DNA of 64,000 bases, taken from NCBI GenBank assembly GCA_964588985.1, contig CAZPQW010000005.1:32001-96000 (forward strand), read 5' to 3'. The stretch comes from an uncultured Solirubrobacteraceae bacterium. Its GTDB lineage: Bacteria; Actinomycetota; Thermoleophilia; Solirubrobacterales; Solirubrobacteraceae. Both the position numbers and the translations under genes were made by a program. The notes below the pieces were generated by a model. It ran no database searches and was not told where the DNA came from. It worked only from the letters and a program-made list of their open reading frames with translations. This document shows, one piece after another, positions 35,298 through 44,810 of the stretch; the first letter of the stretch is position 1, and each line of letters opens with the position of its first letter.

Positions 35298-35732
35298 CTA
35301 TTGGACGGCCAGGTCGGGGATCAGGACCTCTTCGACTTTGACGTCCGTCTGCTTCTCGATTTCGTGGAGGATCTGGGTGCGGATGCTGTGCCTGCCCCTG
35401 GAGCTGGTGAGCGTTTCGCCGTTCTGCCCGGTCACCGCGTTCGTCACGATTTCGCGGACCAACGGTTCCTCAGGCAGCGTACCGGGCCCACCTTCGGAAC
35501 TGGTGGAGGCGGTCGCCGAGGCCCCGTCGCTCTGCCCCGGAGCGAGCTGCAGCGCGACGGTGAGCTTGGCGTAGCGGCCGTCGCTGAGGTTGAGCAGGAA
35601 CGTCTGCGGCATCACGTAGATGGTGCCGGCGATCTTCGGCTTGACGACCTTGGGCTTGGGCTTGGTCATGGTGTAGCCCGCGAACAGCAGGATCGGCAGG
35701 GCGACGATGAATATCTTCTTGTTCTTGAGCAT
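35298..35732 (-). CDS. fliL: Flagellar basal body protein FliL
   Basis: N-terminal TM, FLLNLSDGRYAKL, ends VEEVLIPDLAVQ. Confidence 0.85.
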   Translation of the reverse strand: MLKNKKIFIVALPILLFAGYTMTKPKPKVVKPKIAGTIYVMPQTFLLNLSDGRYAKLTVALQLAPGQSDGASATASTSSEGGPGTLPEEPLVREIVTNAVTGQNGETLTSSRGRHSIRTQILHEIEKQTDVKVEEVLIPDLAVQ

Positions 35733-35747
35733 GGTCAGGGTGGGCTT

Positions 35748-36617
35748 TCAGGGTTCGCTTTGGGCTTCGTTGGTGAAAATCCGGCGCATCACGATCTCCA
35801 CGCGGCGGTTGCGCGCGCGTCCTGCGGCGGTGGCGTCGCTCGAGAGAGGGTGCTGGTCGGCGTTGCCGGTGGCGGTGAGCCTGCGCGGCGTGACGCCGTG
35901 TTCGATCAGGAAGCGCACGACGGTGCTGGCGCGCGCGGTCGAGAGCTCCCAGTTGCTCGGGAACTGCGCGCTGTGGATCGGCACGTTGTCGGTGTTGCCT
36001 TCGACATCCAGCGGGTGGGTGGAGTCGACGTTCAGCAGTTCTGCGATCTCGCCCAGCAGCCCGTGCGCGCGGCTATCGAGCGAGGCCTGCCCGGAGGGGA
36101 ACAGGAGGTCATCGGTGAGCACCCTGATGACGAGCCCCTTGGGTTCGATCGCGACCTTGACGCTTTTGCTGAATCCGTGCTTGGCGGCGTAGCTTTCGAG
36201 GCGCTGTTTGATGTGCGCGAACACCTGCGCCTCGTGCGACGCGGCGTTCTGGTGCGCGGCCGCGGCGGCTGAGCTCTGGGCGCTGGAGGAGCTCTTGGTG
36301 GATTCCGTCGCGCTCGGGGTGCTGAGCGCGGTGACCGGCGTGACGGCCTGCAGATCGGCGGCCTGGGGCACATGGCTGGAGTTGTTGGTGGCGCCCTGCG
36401 AGGAGAGGGCTTTGCCGCCGGGGAGGATGTTGCCCGAGAAGGCGGCCTTGAGGGAGTGCTGCAGCACCTGGTACTTGGACACGTTGACGGAGGAGATCGA
36501 GAACAGCACCATGAACAGCGCCATCAGCAGCGTGATCATGTCGGCGTAGGTGAGCAGCCAGCGCTCCTCGCTCTCCTCGCCTCCGCCGTGACCGGCGCGT
36601 TTGCGTCCGCGGGCCAT
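35748..36617 (-). CDS. motB: Flagellar stator MotB
   Basis: WLLTYADMITLLMALF, OmpA-like VEGNTD...SNWELSTARA, RARNRRVEI. Confidence 0.95.
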   Translation of the reverse strand: MARGRKRAGHGGGEESEERWLLTYADMITLLMALFMVLFSISSVNVSKYQVLQHSLKAAFSGNILPGGKALSSQGATNNSSHVPQAADLQAVTPVTALSTPSATESTKSSSSAQSSAAAAAHQNAASHEAQVFAHIKQRLESYAAKHGFSKSVKVAIEPKGLVIRVLTDDLLFPSGQASLDSRAHGLLGEIAELLNVDSTHPLDVEGNTDNVPIHSAQFPSNWELSTARASTVVRFLIEHGVTPRRLTATGNADQHPLSSDATAAGRARNRRVEIVMRRIFTNEAQSEP

Positions 36618-36619
36618 TC

Positions 36620-37426
36620 TCAGGCCGCCTGGAACTCGACATCCCCGCGTGCCATCTGCGGCTCGTCCTCGGTGGAGCGCTGGGCGGGCGGGACGTAGGA
36701 CATGAGCTTTTCGGAGACCAGCCGCGGGTTGTCCCCGGCCTGGATCGAGAGGATCCCCTCGACGGTCATCATCCGCAGCTCGACCTCTTCGGCGGAGATC
36801 GCCTTGAGGCGGTTGGCGATCGGCAGGAAGATGACGTTGGCGGCGCCGACGCCGAGCAGGGTGGCGATGAACGCGGCGGAGATAGACGGGCCGAGGGTGG
36901 AGGGGGCGGCGAGGTTCTCGAGCACGTGCACGAGACCGAGCACCGTGCCGATGATCCCCATCGTGGGGGCGAAGCCGCCGGCCTTCTCGAACGGCGCGGC
37001 GCCGGCGTGGTGGCGGGCCGCCATGCCGTCGACCTCGGCCTCGAGGATCGCGTGCACCATCTCCGGGTCGGTGCCGTCGACGACGAGCTGCAGGGCGTTG
37101 CGGGTGAAGGTGTCCTCGATCTCGCCGAGCTGCGCGTCGAGCGCGAGCAGGCCCTCGCGCCGGGCCTTGTCGGCGAGCGTGACGAGCCGGTCGAGCTGCC
37201 CGCGCATGTCGGGCGGTTCGGCGGAGAAGACCATCTTGTAGAGGCTCGGGACGCGCTTCATCGACTCCATGCCGACGCTGGCCATCGTGACGCCGCCGGT
37301 CCCGCCGAGGATGATGAGGAGAGCCGGGATGTTGATGAACGAGGCGGGACTGGTCCCATCCATCATTGAGCTCATCAGCAGTGAGCCAAAGGCCACCCCG
37401 ATTCCGATGGCCGTAGAAGCCTTCAT
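36620..37426 (-). CDS. motA: Flagellar stator MotA
   Basis: ARREGLLALD, GGFAPTMGIIGTVLGL, EGILSIQAGDNP; ATG 37426 chosen (8 nt after the promoter -10). Confidence 0.95.
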   Translation of the reverse strand: MKASTAIGIGVAFGSLLMSSMMDGTSPASFINIPALLIILGGTGGVTMASVGMESMKRVPSLYKMVFSAEPPDMRGQLDRLVTLADKARREGLLALDAQLGEIEDTFTRNALQLVVDGTDPEMVHAILEAEVDGMAARHHAGAAPFEKAGGFAPTMGIIGTVLGLVHVLENLAAPSTLGPSISAAFIATLLGVGAANVIFLPIANRLKAISAEEVELRMMTVEGILSIQAGDNPRLVSEKLMSYVPPAQRSTEDEPQMARGDVEFQAA

Positions 37427-37434
37427 TGGACTCA

Positions 37435-37461
37435 ACATCGGCCGGGCCGAGGTTTCCTTCA
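37435..37461 (-). promoter_or_regulatory. sigma28-type promoter for motAB-fliLNM
   Basis: TGAA-N15-GCCGATGT. Confidence 0.7.
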
Positions 37462-37559
37462 ATGCTGCCGAAACTCGTGCAACATTCGTCCCAGAGGGCG
37501 GTCTCGGGGTCTCCAGGCCTGTTCAGCCCGACCCTGCGAAGCGTTCTAGAAAATACAGA

Positions 37560-37850
37560 TTACGCAGGTGAGTCCTCGACCGCGGAGAGCCGCGCCGAGT
37601 CGCGCTGGGCTGGCGATGGCCCTCCCGCGCGCTCCGGCCGACGACGCCTGAGCGCGTCGCTCATGATCAGCGCGCGGTAGGCGCTGACCTCGGAGGCGAC
37701 CTCTTCGGGCGTCTCGGCGACGACGACCTTTGCGCCGGTCGCGAGCGCGATCACGGTGTCGGGCGTGGATTCGACCGTGACGATCATGTCGGGATTGAGT
37801 TGAAATGGCTCGTCGCTCTGGCCGAGCCGGTGCAGCGTGATCATCGGCAC
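37560..37850 (-). CDS. flbD: FlbD/SwrD family flagellar protein
   Basis: MITLHRL...LNPDMIVTVESTPDTVIALATGAKVVVAETPEEV. Confidence 0.9.
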   Translation of the reverse strand: MPMITLHRLGQSDEPFQLNPDMIVTVESTPDTVIALATGAKVVVAETPEEVASEVSAYRALIMSDALRRRRPERAGGPSPAQRDSARLSAVEDSPA

Positions 37851-37974
37851 TCCCCTCTGTTGCGACTGTGCCTCCGGTGGGACGACGCGCTGTGGCGCCG
37901 CCCCACCTCGGGCTCCTCGGAGTTCGTGTTCGTCCCTCGCAACCTCCTTGGTCGCTGACTGGAAGAAGATCGGG

Positions 37975-38868
37975 CTACTGGACCATCGTCACGACCGTCT
38001 GGAGCATCTGGTCGGAGACGCTGATCACGCGCGAGTTGGCCTGATAGCCGCGCTCGGCGGTGATCATGTTGGTCATCTCGGTGGCGAGGTCGACGTTGGA
38101 CATCTCGAGCTCTCCGCCGATCGTCGAGCCGAAGCCCGCGGTGGAGGGGGTGCCGACGATCGGCGTCCCCGAGTTGGCCGTCTGACCCCACAGCGAGCCG
38201 CCGAGCCGTTCGAGGCCCGATTCGTTGGCGAACGTGGCCAGCGAGATGTAGCCGGCGGTGACACGCTGTTGGTAGGTTTTCGATTCGGGGTTCTCGTCGG
38301 TGTAGTTGACCGACCCGTCCTGGCCGATCGACACGTTGGCCGAGCCGGGCGGGATCTTGAGGTATGTGTCTTCGGTGCCCGCCGTGTAGGTGGTGCCGGT
38401 TTCGGTTTCGTTGGCGACGGCGTTGCGCCCGATCACGTACTCGCCCGCCTGCGTGATCAGCAGGCCCTGCGTGTTGGTGGTGAGGTCGCCGGCGCGCGTG
38501 TACTGGAGGCTGGCGGGCTGCGCCGAGGTGAGTGGTTCTTTGGGTTCGCCGGCGCCGACGCGCAGGAAGCCCGGTCCCTCGATCGCGACGTCGAGCGGGT
38601 TGTTGGTCGATTGGAAGGAGCCCTCGGTCATCGTGTTGCGGGTCGCGGAGACCTGCACCCCGAGCCCGATCTGCACCGGGTTCGATCCACCGTTGGTGGT
38701 CGTCGGTCCAGAGGCCCCGCGGAGCACCTGCGTGAGCGAGTCCGCGAACGTGACGCTCGCGCCCTTGTAGCCCACGGTGTTGACGTTCGCCAGGTCGGCG
38801 GCGGTCTCGTTGAGCATCGCTTGATTTGCGTCGAGGCCGCTGATCGCGGCATACATTCCAGCCATCAT
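37975..38868 (-). CDS. flgE: Flagellar hook protein FlgE (short form)
   Basis: AISGL...LANVNTVGYK, LDVAIEGPGF, YTRAG, LEMSNVDLATEMTNMITAERGYQANSRVI; downstream of flgD. Confidence 0.9.
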   Translation of the reverse strand: MMAGMYAAISGLDANQAMLNETAADLANVNTVGYKGASVTFADSLTQVLRGASGPTTTNGGSNPVQIGLGVQVSATRNTMTEGSFQSTNNPLDVAIEGPGFLRVGAGEPKEPLTSAQPASLQYTRAGDLTTNTQGLLITQAGEYVIGRNAVANETETGTTYTAGTEDTYLKIPPGSANVSIGQDGSVNYTDENPESKTYQQRVTAGYISLATFANESGLERLGGSLWGQTANSGTPIVGTPSTAGFGSTIGGELEMSNVDLATEMTNMITAERGYQANSRVISVSDQMLQTVVTMVQ

Positions 38869-38935
38869 GTTGACTGCCCTTCCTTTCGCGGCCCCCTCGC
38901 AGAGGTCCAGCCGCCGTTGTGGCCTGTCGCCCTTC

Positions 38936-39355
38936 TCATGCGATCACGGCACTGTCGATGTTGGTGAACACGTTGTCCTTCATGTGTTCGGATCCGACGG
39001 CCGTGATGACCGTGCGGTTGCTGACGGACACCACGAACGCGGTGCCGTCGACAAGGACGAGGGAGTCGCGCGAGCCCTTGCTTGCGGCGCGGGCGACCCC
39101 CTGTGAGAGCCGGCCGAGCGTCGCCTGGTCGAGCTCGATCCCGCGGCGCTGCACGCGGGCGAGCGCGTGGCGGGAGAACTGCAGGGACTCGGCCGCGCCG
39201 GCCTTGGTGAGCGCGTCCGCGAAGGACTGTCCGGGGGCGGCGCCGGTCTGCGGGGCGTTCGCGGGCTTGCCCGCGCCGGGTGCGGCGGCGGGGGCAACCG
39301 GCGCTCCGAGGCCACCGGGCGGTATCAGCGCGGGGTTGGAGGGGATCGAGCTCAA
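38936..39355 (-). CDS. Flagellar operon protein (TIGR02530-like)
   Basis: LQFSRHALARVQRRGI, SKGSRDSLVL, NRTVITA, NVFTNIDSAVI. Confidence 0.85.
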   Translation of the reverse strand: MSSIPSNPALIPPGGLGAPVAPAAAPGAGKPANAPQTGAAPGQSFADALTKAGAAESLQFSRHALARVQRRGIELDQATLGRLSQGVARAASKGSRDSLVLVDGTAFVVSVSNRTVITAVGSEHMKDNVFTNIDSAVIA

Positions 39356-39759
39356 TTGACTTCCGTGATGCTCGCGAGCTTCACGCCGCCGACGCCTTCG
39401 ATGGTCACGGTGGTGCCGGAGGCGTTGGACTGGACGCTCTGGACTTTCCCCACGGCGACGCCGCCGGCGGGGTTGTTGTAGGCGACGGTGCGCCCGATCA
39501 GCTGGACCGCGCCGGATAGCTCGTTGGCGTTGGCGAGGTTGGTGGTCTGCTCGACCTGGGTGAACTGGGCGAGCTCGTTGATGTATTCGTTGGTGTTGGC
39601 CGGCTGCAGCGGATCCTGCGCCTGCAGCTGCGCGATCATCAGTTTGAGGAAGTCGTTCTGGCCGAGCATGCCGTTGGAGTTTTCGGTGCCCGACGTGGAG
39701 CCAGATCCGGCGCTGTTGCTCGCGGCGGCGGCCTGTGCTGTGGGGTTGACGGTGGTCAT
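39352..39759 (-). CDS. flgD: Hook capping protein FlgD
   Basis: LGQNDFLKLMIAQLQAQDPLQP...ELAQFTQVEQ; ATG 39759 with SD AAAGGA. Confidence 0.92.
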   Translation of the reverse strand: MTTVNPTAQAAAASNSAGSGSTSGTENSNGMLGQNDFLKLMIAQLQAQDPLQPANTNEYINELAQFTQVEQTTNLANANELSGAVQLIGRTVAYNNPAGGVAVGKVQSVQSNASGTTVTIEGVGGVKLASITEVN

Positions 39760-39781
39760 GGTCTTGGTCCTTTCGTGTGGC

Positions 39782-41560
39782 TCACGCGAGCACGTCGACG
39801 AGCTCGCCGCGCGGCGGTCCCGAGATCGACTGGACGCCTTCGAGTCCGGGCACCGGCTCGGAACCGGCCTCCCCGTCTTCGGGGCGGGTGGACGAGCCCG
39901 GGGCGCTTGAGTCCGAGCGCCCGGGGAAGCGGCCTTCGCCCCCTCCGACGTCCGACTGCGCGGATGAGCCGATGTCCAGCCGCAGGAGCGACACGCCGAG
40001 CGAGTGGTGAAGCTCGGCACGGCATCCCACGAGCACCTGGGCGACGGCGGGCGTGTCGGCGGTGACCCGTGCGAGCAGTCCGTCGGAGGTCTGGGTGAGA
40101 TGGATGCGGATCTCGCCCAGCTCGGCCGGATGCAGCGCGATCCGCGCCTGGGTCAACCCCTGGCGGGCGGCCACCTCGATCGTGGCGCCGATCGAGTCGA
40201 TCATGTCCTGCATGCCCGCACCCGAGGCGAAGCTCGGTGCCGAGACGGACGCGGTGGCGGTGGCCTGCGCGCCCACTGGCGAGGCTGCGAGCGGCTGGCC
40301 GGCTGCGTCCGTGGGGCTCGCCGGCGTCGAGTCGTTGGCGCTCGCGGTCTGGGTGGCGACGGCCAGCGCCCCCGGACGGGCTCCCTGGCCACGGGAGAAC
40401 GCGGCTTTGGCCGGGAGGGCGTTCGGTTGCGTCGGGGCGGCGGCGACCGTGTAGGCGACGCTCGTGTTTGGAGAGGATGCGGCTTCGCCGGGCTCGGATC
40501 GCGTGGTGGCCGTGCCCTCGCCTGTCGTGGGTTCGCCGGTCGGCGCGACTGCCGGGGGCGGCGTCTGGCTGGCGGTGAGCGAGACCGGGGGTGGTGACTC
40601 AGAGGAGCCGGTCGCGGTGGGCGGGCTGGCGGGGAGGGCCTGCGTGGTGGTTGCTGTCACGGCGGCCTTCGTGCCGGGTGTCTGGGGAGCGGCGTCGAGC
40701 GGTGGCTGGGCAGCCCCGGGCGCGGGCGTCGCGGTTGCGCTCGTGGCGTCGTTTGCGAGCGGGGTGCTGGACGCGCTCGCCGGTGTGGTCGCGAGCGAGG
40801 AGTGCGCATCTGCGGGGGGCGCGGGCTCCCGGAGCCGCGGCGCGGGGGCCGGCTCTCTCGAGGTGCGCGCATCCGTACCCGAGCGTGGAGTCGGCGGCGC
40901 TGGGACGTTGGCAGCGCCTTCCTGGACGCCAGGATCCTGGCTCGGCACGGGTGCCGCGGCGTCCGTGCTCGGGATGGGCGTGGCGGCGCTCGAGGTCGCG
41001 GGGAGGGGCGTGCCGGCGGTGTCGGCGGTGTCGGCGGCCGCACTCGTCGCTCGATCCGAGGCCGCGGGACTCGCGCCAGGGGTGGCTGGCGATGGGGCCG
41101 CGGTGGGTGCGGTCGGGATGGCTGCCTGCGTGAGCTGGTCGGCGGCGGTCTGCCCCTCCGTGCTCGCCGGTGCCGCTGAAGCCGATGCGCCCACGGCGAT
41201 GCTGAGAGCGGCGGCTGTCCCTGTGGCCAACGAGCTGGCTGGTGCATACGGGGCCGCGGGCGTTGCCGTGGCCGCTGATTCGGCGGAGGCGGAAGGCGTG
41301 GGCGCGGCGGACGCCGTCGGAGCGCCGGCCACAGCCGCAGCCGCCGGCAGCGCCGCTGCGGCGAGCGTGGTCGCACCGGTGGGCGCTTCGCTCGCGTCTG
41401 GCGAGTGACTCTGTTTGTGGCCTTCCGCAGTGGCGGTCCGGGCCCAGTGTTCCTCCAGCGCGCTCTGGAAGGGCGGCGCGCCTGGTGGGGCTCCCGGTGG
41501 AGCCGCGCCGCTCGTCGGCGGCGAGGATCCGGGCGGTGGGAGCTTCTGCGCGATCATCAT
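39782..41560 (-). CDS. fliK: Hook-length control protein FliK
   Basis: Long Ala/Pro/Thr-rich region, then ARIALHPAELGEIRIHL T3S4 domain. Confidence 0.85.
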   Translation of the reverse strand: MMIAQKLPPPGSSPPTSGAAPPGAPPGAPPFQSALEEHWARTATAEGHKQSHSPDASEAPTGATTLAAAALPAAAAVAGAPTASAAPTPSASAESAATATPAAPYAPASSLATGTAAALSIAVGASASAAPASTEGQTAADQLTQAAIPTAPTAAPSPATPGASPAASDRATSAAADTADTAGTPLPATSSAATPIPSTDAAAPVPSQDPGVQEGAANVPAPPTPRSGTDARTSREPAPAPRLREPAPPADAHSSLATTPASASSTPLANDATSATATPAPGAAQPPLDAAPQTPGTKAAVTATTTQALPASPPTATGSSESPPPVSLTASQTPPPAVAPTGEPTTGEGTATTRSEPGEAASSPNTSVAYTVAAAPTQPNALPAKAAFSRGQGARPGALAVATQTASANDSTPASPTDAAGQPLAASPVGAQATATASVSAPSFASGAGMQDMIDSIGATIEVAARQGLTQARIALHPAELGEIRIHLTQTSDGLLARVTADTPAVAQVLVGCRAELHHSLGVSLLRLDIGSSAQSDVGGGEGRFPGRSDSSAPGSSTRPEDGEAGSEPVPGLEGVQSISGPPRGELVDVLA

Positions 41561-42228
41561 GCGAGCGCTCCCGCGGAGACGGGGTGGGACTGCCGGTAGG
41601 CTTCGGCGTAGCCGAGAACTTTGGTGACGTAGCTCTGGGTTTCCGCATACGGCGGCACCCCGCCGTACTGCTTCACAGCCCCCGGGCCGGCGTTGTATGC
41701 GGCGAGCGCGTCGGTGGCGCTGCCGCCGAACTCGCTCATCATCTGGCTGAGGTAGCGCGCGCCGCCTTCGATCGCTTCGGCTGGGTCGAGCGGGTTGGCG
41801 ACGCCGAGCGAGGAGGCGGTACCGGGCATCAGCTGGGTGAGCCCGCTCGCGCCGGCGCTGCTCTGCGCGTTGGGGTCGAAGCCGGACTCCTGCTGGATCA
41901 GCCCGTGCAGCACGGCCGGGTCGACGCCGTAGCGCTGGGAGGCCTGTTCGATCAGCGCGTCGTAGGGAGTGGACTGCGCGGCGCCGGTCGTGCCCGCGTA
42001 GGCGGCGGGCACGGCGGTGTTGGCGGTCGTCGCGGCCTGCAGCGCGGAGGCGAAGGCGGTGGGCTGGGCTTCAGTGGCCGAGCCGCTCGTGGCGGCGCCC
42101 GGCACGATCCCGGTGACGGCCGACTGGCGCGTCTGTTCGATCATCGCCTGCAGCTGCTGGACGCGCTGCGCGATCGCGAGCTCGCCGGCGCTCACACCCG
42201 CGGACGGGGCGATCGCTTCGGTGCTCAC
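41557..42228 (-). CDS. Lytic transglycosylase (SLT domain) in flagellar operon
   Basis: IQQESGFDPNAQSSAGASGLTQLMPGTA, ALAAYNAGPG, PPYAETQSYV. Confidence 0.92.
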   Translation of the reverse strand: MSTEAIAPSAGVSAGELAIAQRVQQLQAMIEQTRQSAVTGIVPGAATSGSATEAQPTAFASALQAATTANTAVPAAYAGTTGAAQSTPYDALIEQASQRYGVDPAVLHGLIQQESGFDPNAQSSAGASGLTQLMPGTASSLGVANPLDPAEAIEGGARYLSQMMSEFGGSATDALAAYNAGPGAVKQYGGVPPYAETQSYVTKVLGYAEAYRQSHPVSAGALA

Positions 42229-42683
42229 GCGGAGCTCCTGCCGAAGCGGCTGGAGGCGATCTCGTCGAGGCTGTTGCGCTCCACGCGGGCGGCCTCGCGG
42301 TCGTGCTCGCCGCGGTGGCGCTCCCTGAGGCGGTTGAGCATCTCGTGCTCGCTGGCGGCGGCGGTGAGCTTGGCGTCGCTCTCGGCGACCTCCGCCTCGC
42401 GCTGGGCGAGCTCGTGGGCGTGACCGTTGCGCTGCGCCTCGATGCGCTCGAGGAACGACTGGCGCACCTGCAGCTCGCCCGCGCTGATGGGGCCGGGCTC
42501 GGCGACCACGCTGCGCTGTTCGACGTGCGCCTGCGCGATGTTCGCCTCGGTGGCTCTGAGCTCCTCCTCGGTGCTCGAGCGCCGGGAGATCGCCTGCGCG
42601 AGATCCTGCTTGGCGAGCTTCTCGGCGCGCTCGCGAACGGCGCGTACGCGCTCGAGGCGAAAGCGAAATGCGGGTCCGGTCAC
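42225..42683 (-). CDS. fliJ: Flagellar export protein FliJ
   Basis: FRFRLERVRAVRERAE..., coiled coil, ends ERNSLDEIA; follows fliI. Confidence 0.88.
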   Translation of the reverse strand: MTGPAFRFRLERVRAVRERAEKLAKQDLAQAISRRSSTEEELRATEANIAQAHVEQRSVVAEPGPISAGELQVRQSFLERIEAQRNGHAHELAQREAEVAESDAKLTAAASEHEMLNRLRERHRGEHDREAARVERNSLDEIASSRFGRSSA

Positions 42684-42690
42684 TGCCTGG

Positions 42691-42717
42691 TAATCGGACG
42701 AGCGGTTGCGTTCTTTA
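42691..42717 (-). promoter_or_regulatory. sigma28-type promoter for fliJ-slt-fliK-flgD-flgE
   Basis: TAAA-N15-TCCGATTA; GTG start 7 nt downstream. Confidence 0.8.
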
Positions 42718-42738
42718 GCCGCGCGGGGAAGGCGCGTC

Positions 42739-44199
42739 TCAGATGCTCAGACCGAGCGCCGGGATCGCGGGCGCCTCGCCCGTGACGATGCTCGGCGCGG
42801 CGGCGGCCTGCGGCGCGGGGTGCACCTCCTCGGCGTCGGGGATCTCGCCGTCGAGACGCTCGAGCTCGCCGGTGAGCGACGCCGCGAGCTCGATCAGGCG
42901 GGCGTCCGTGTCGTCGGGGTCGGAGTGCTCGCTGACGGCCTGGCGCAGGAACGCCTCGATCCGCGCGCGGTGCGAGAGGGCGGCGTCGAGCGCGGGGTCG
43001 CTGCCGGGCTGGTAGGCGCCGATCGCGACGAGGTCTTCCTTCTCGTGCAGCACCGCGAGCGCGGCGCGCAGCTGCTGCCCGGCGCGCGCGACCTCCGGTG
43101 AGACGATCTCCCCGACGAGGCGCGAGACGCTCTGCAGCACGTCGATCGCGGGGTAGTGCCCGGCGTGGGCGAGCGGGCGCGTGAGCACCACGTGCCCGTC
43201 GAGGATCGATCGCACCGCGTCGGCGATCGGCTCGTTCATGTCGTCGCCGTCGACGAGCACCGTGTAGAGCGCGGTGATCGAGCCGTCGGTGCTCGTGCCG
43301 GCGCGCTCGAGCAGCCGCGGCAGCAGCGCGAACACGCTCGGGGTGTAGCCGCGGGTGGCGGGCGGCTCGCCGATCGCGAGGCCGACCTCGCGCTGAGCCA
43401 TGGCGAAGCGCGTGACGGAGTCCATCATCAGCATCACGTCGTGGCCCTGGTCGCGGAAGTACTCCGCGATGGTGGTGGCGGTGAAGGCGGCCTTGATGCG
43501 CACGAGCGCGGGCTGGTCGGAGGTGGCGACGACGACGACGGAGTGCGCGAGCGCGTCGCCGAGGTCGCGCTCGATGAACTCCCGCACCTCGCGTCCGCGC
43601 TCGCCGACGAGCGCGATCACGTTGATCTGGGCGCTCGTGGAGCGGGCGATCATCCCCAGCAGCGAGGACTTGCCGACGCCCGAGCCGGAGAAGATGCCGA
43701 GCCGCTGGCCGCGCCCGCAGGGCACGAGCCCGTCGAGCGCGCGCACGCCGAGCCCGACGCGCTCGCTGATGCGGGGCCTGGTGAGCGCGCCGGGGGGCGC
43801 TGCGATGGTGGAGCGGGGCAGGCCGCCGGGGTCGCCGCGGCCGTCGTCGGGCACGCCAAGCCCGTCGACGATCCGCCCGAGCAGCCCCCGCCCCACGTTC
43901 ACGCGAAACGGCGCGCCGGTGGCGAGCACCCTGGTTCCGGGCCCGATGCCGTGCAGCTCGCCGAGCGGCATCAGCAGCGTGCGCCCTTCCCGGAACCCGA
44001 CCACCTCGGCGGACACCGCCGCGCGGTTGCGGTCGGTCCCCACGAGGCACACCTCGCCGACCTCCGCCTGCAGGCCGGTGGCCTCGATGATCAGCCCGAT
44101 GAGGTTCGAGACGAAGCCGTGGCGGCGGGCGAGATCGGCCTCGCGGACGGCCTCCGTGGCTCTGTCGAGCAGCGCGCCCACGACCGGCTGCTCGCTCAC
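42739..44199 (-). CDS. fliI: Flagellar export ATPase FliI
   Basis: GRGQRLGIFSGSGVGKS, GERGREVREF, DSVTRFAMAQRE, YPAIDVLQSVSR; GTG 44199 overlaps fliH stop. Confidence 0.96.
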   Translation of the reverse strand: MSEQPVVGALLDRATEAVREADLARRHGFVSNLIGLIIEATGLQAEVGEVCLVGTDRNRAAVSAEVVGFREGRTLLMPLGELHGIGPGTRVLATGAPFRVNVGRGLLGRIVDGLGVPDDGRGDPGGLPRSTIAAPPGALTRPRISERVGLGVRALDGLVPCGRGQRLGIFSGSGVGKSSLLGMIARSTSAQINVIALVGERGREVREFIERDLGDALAHSVVVVATSDQPALVRIKAAFTATTIAEYFRDQGHDVMLMMDSVTRFAMAQREVGLAIGEPPATRGYTPSVFALLPRLLERAGTSTDGSITALYTVLVDGDDMNEPIADAVRSILDGHVVLTRPLAHAGHYPAIDVLQSVSRLVGEIVSPEVARAGQQLRAALAVLHEKEDLVAIGAYQPGSDPALDAALSHRARIEAFLRQAVSEHSDPDDTDARLIELAASLTGELERLDGEIPDAEEVHPAPQAAAAPSIVTGEAPAIPALGLSI

Positions 44200-44810
44200 G
44201 TGGGTGGCTCTTCGCCGGCGAGCGCAGCGGCGAGCACCTCGCCGGCCCGCTCCAGCTGGGTCTGCACGCCCGCGTCGATCTCGCCCTCGGTGGTGCGCAC
44301 GATCGCGCCGCCTAGCTCGACGCGCTGGTCGGACTGCAGGTCGCACAGCTCGATGCCGGCGACCTGGGCCTGCAGGTCGCCGATCGCCGCCTGCAGCGTG
44401 TCGAGGTCGGCGGGGTTGACGAGCACGGCGATCCCACGGCGGTCGCTGACGCGGCGGAGCGCTCCCTGCACGACGTCGACGACCAGCTCGGGGCGCGCGT
44501 GCAGCGCCCCGGCGAGAATCTTGCCGGCGAGGTCGAGTGCGAGCTGCACGGCGTCGCGTTCGACCGACTCGACCGTCTCGGTTCGCAGCGACTCCACGCC
44601 CTGAAGCGCCTCGCCGAGCGCGGCGGCCACGGCGGATACGTCGGCCGATCCCTCGACGCGGCCGGCGGCGCGGCCCTCCGCACGCGCCTGCTCGCGGATC
44701 TCCTCGGCTTCGGCGTGCGCCTGCGCGAGCGCTCGCGCGGCCGCGTCGCGCGGGGGCGGCGGAGACGGTTCGAGGTTCTCGAAGGCGTAGCTGACGGCCG
44801 CGTCAGACAA
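44196..44810 (-). CDS. fliH: Flagellar assembly protein FliH
   Basis: ARAEGRAAGRVEG repeats, VNPADL, GGAIVRTTEGEIDA. Confidence 0.9.
   Translation of the reverse strand: MSDAAVSYAFENLEPSPPPPRDAAARALAQAHAEAEEIREQARAEGRAAGRVEGSADVSAVAAALGEALQGVESLRTETVESVERDAVQLALDLAGKILAGALHARPELVVDVVQGALRRVSDRRGIAVLVNPADLDTLQAAIGDLQAQVAGIELCDLQSDQRVELGGAIVRTTEGEIDAGVQTQLERAGEVLAAALAGEEPPT

Noticed and set aside
37841-37870. GCCGATGA sigma28 -10-like box at flbD
   Set aside because: It overlaps the start codons and has no -35 match at 15-nt spacing.
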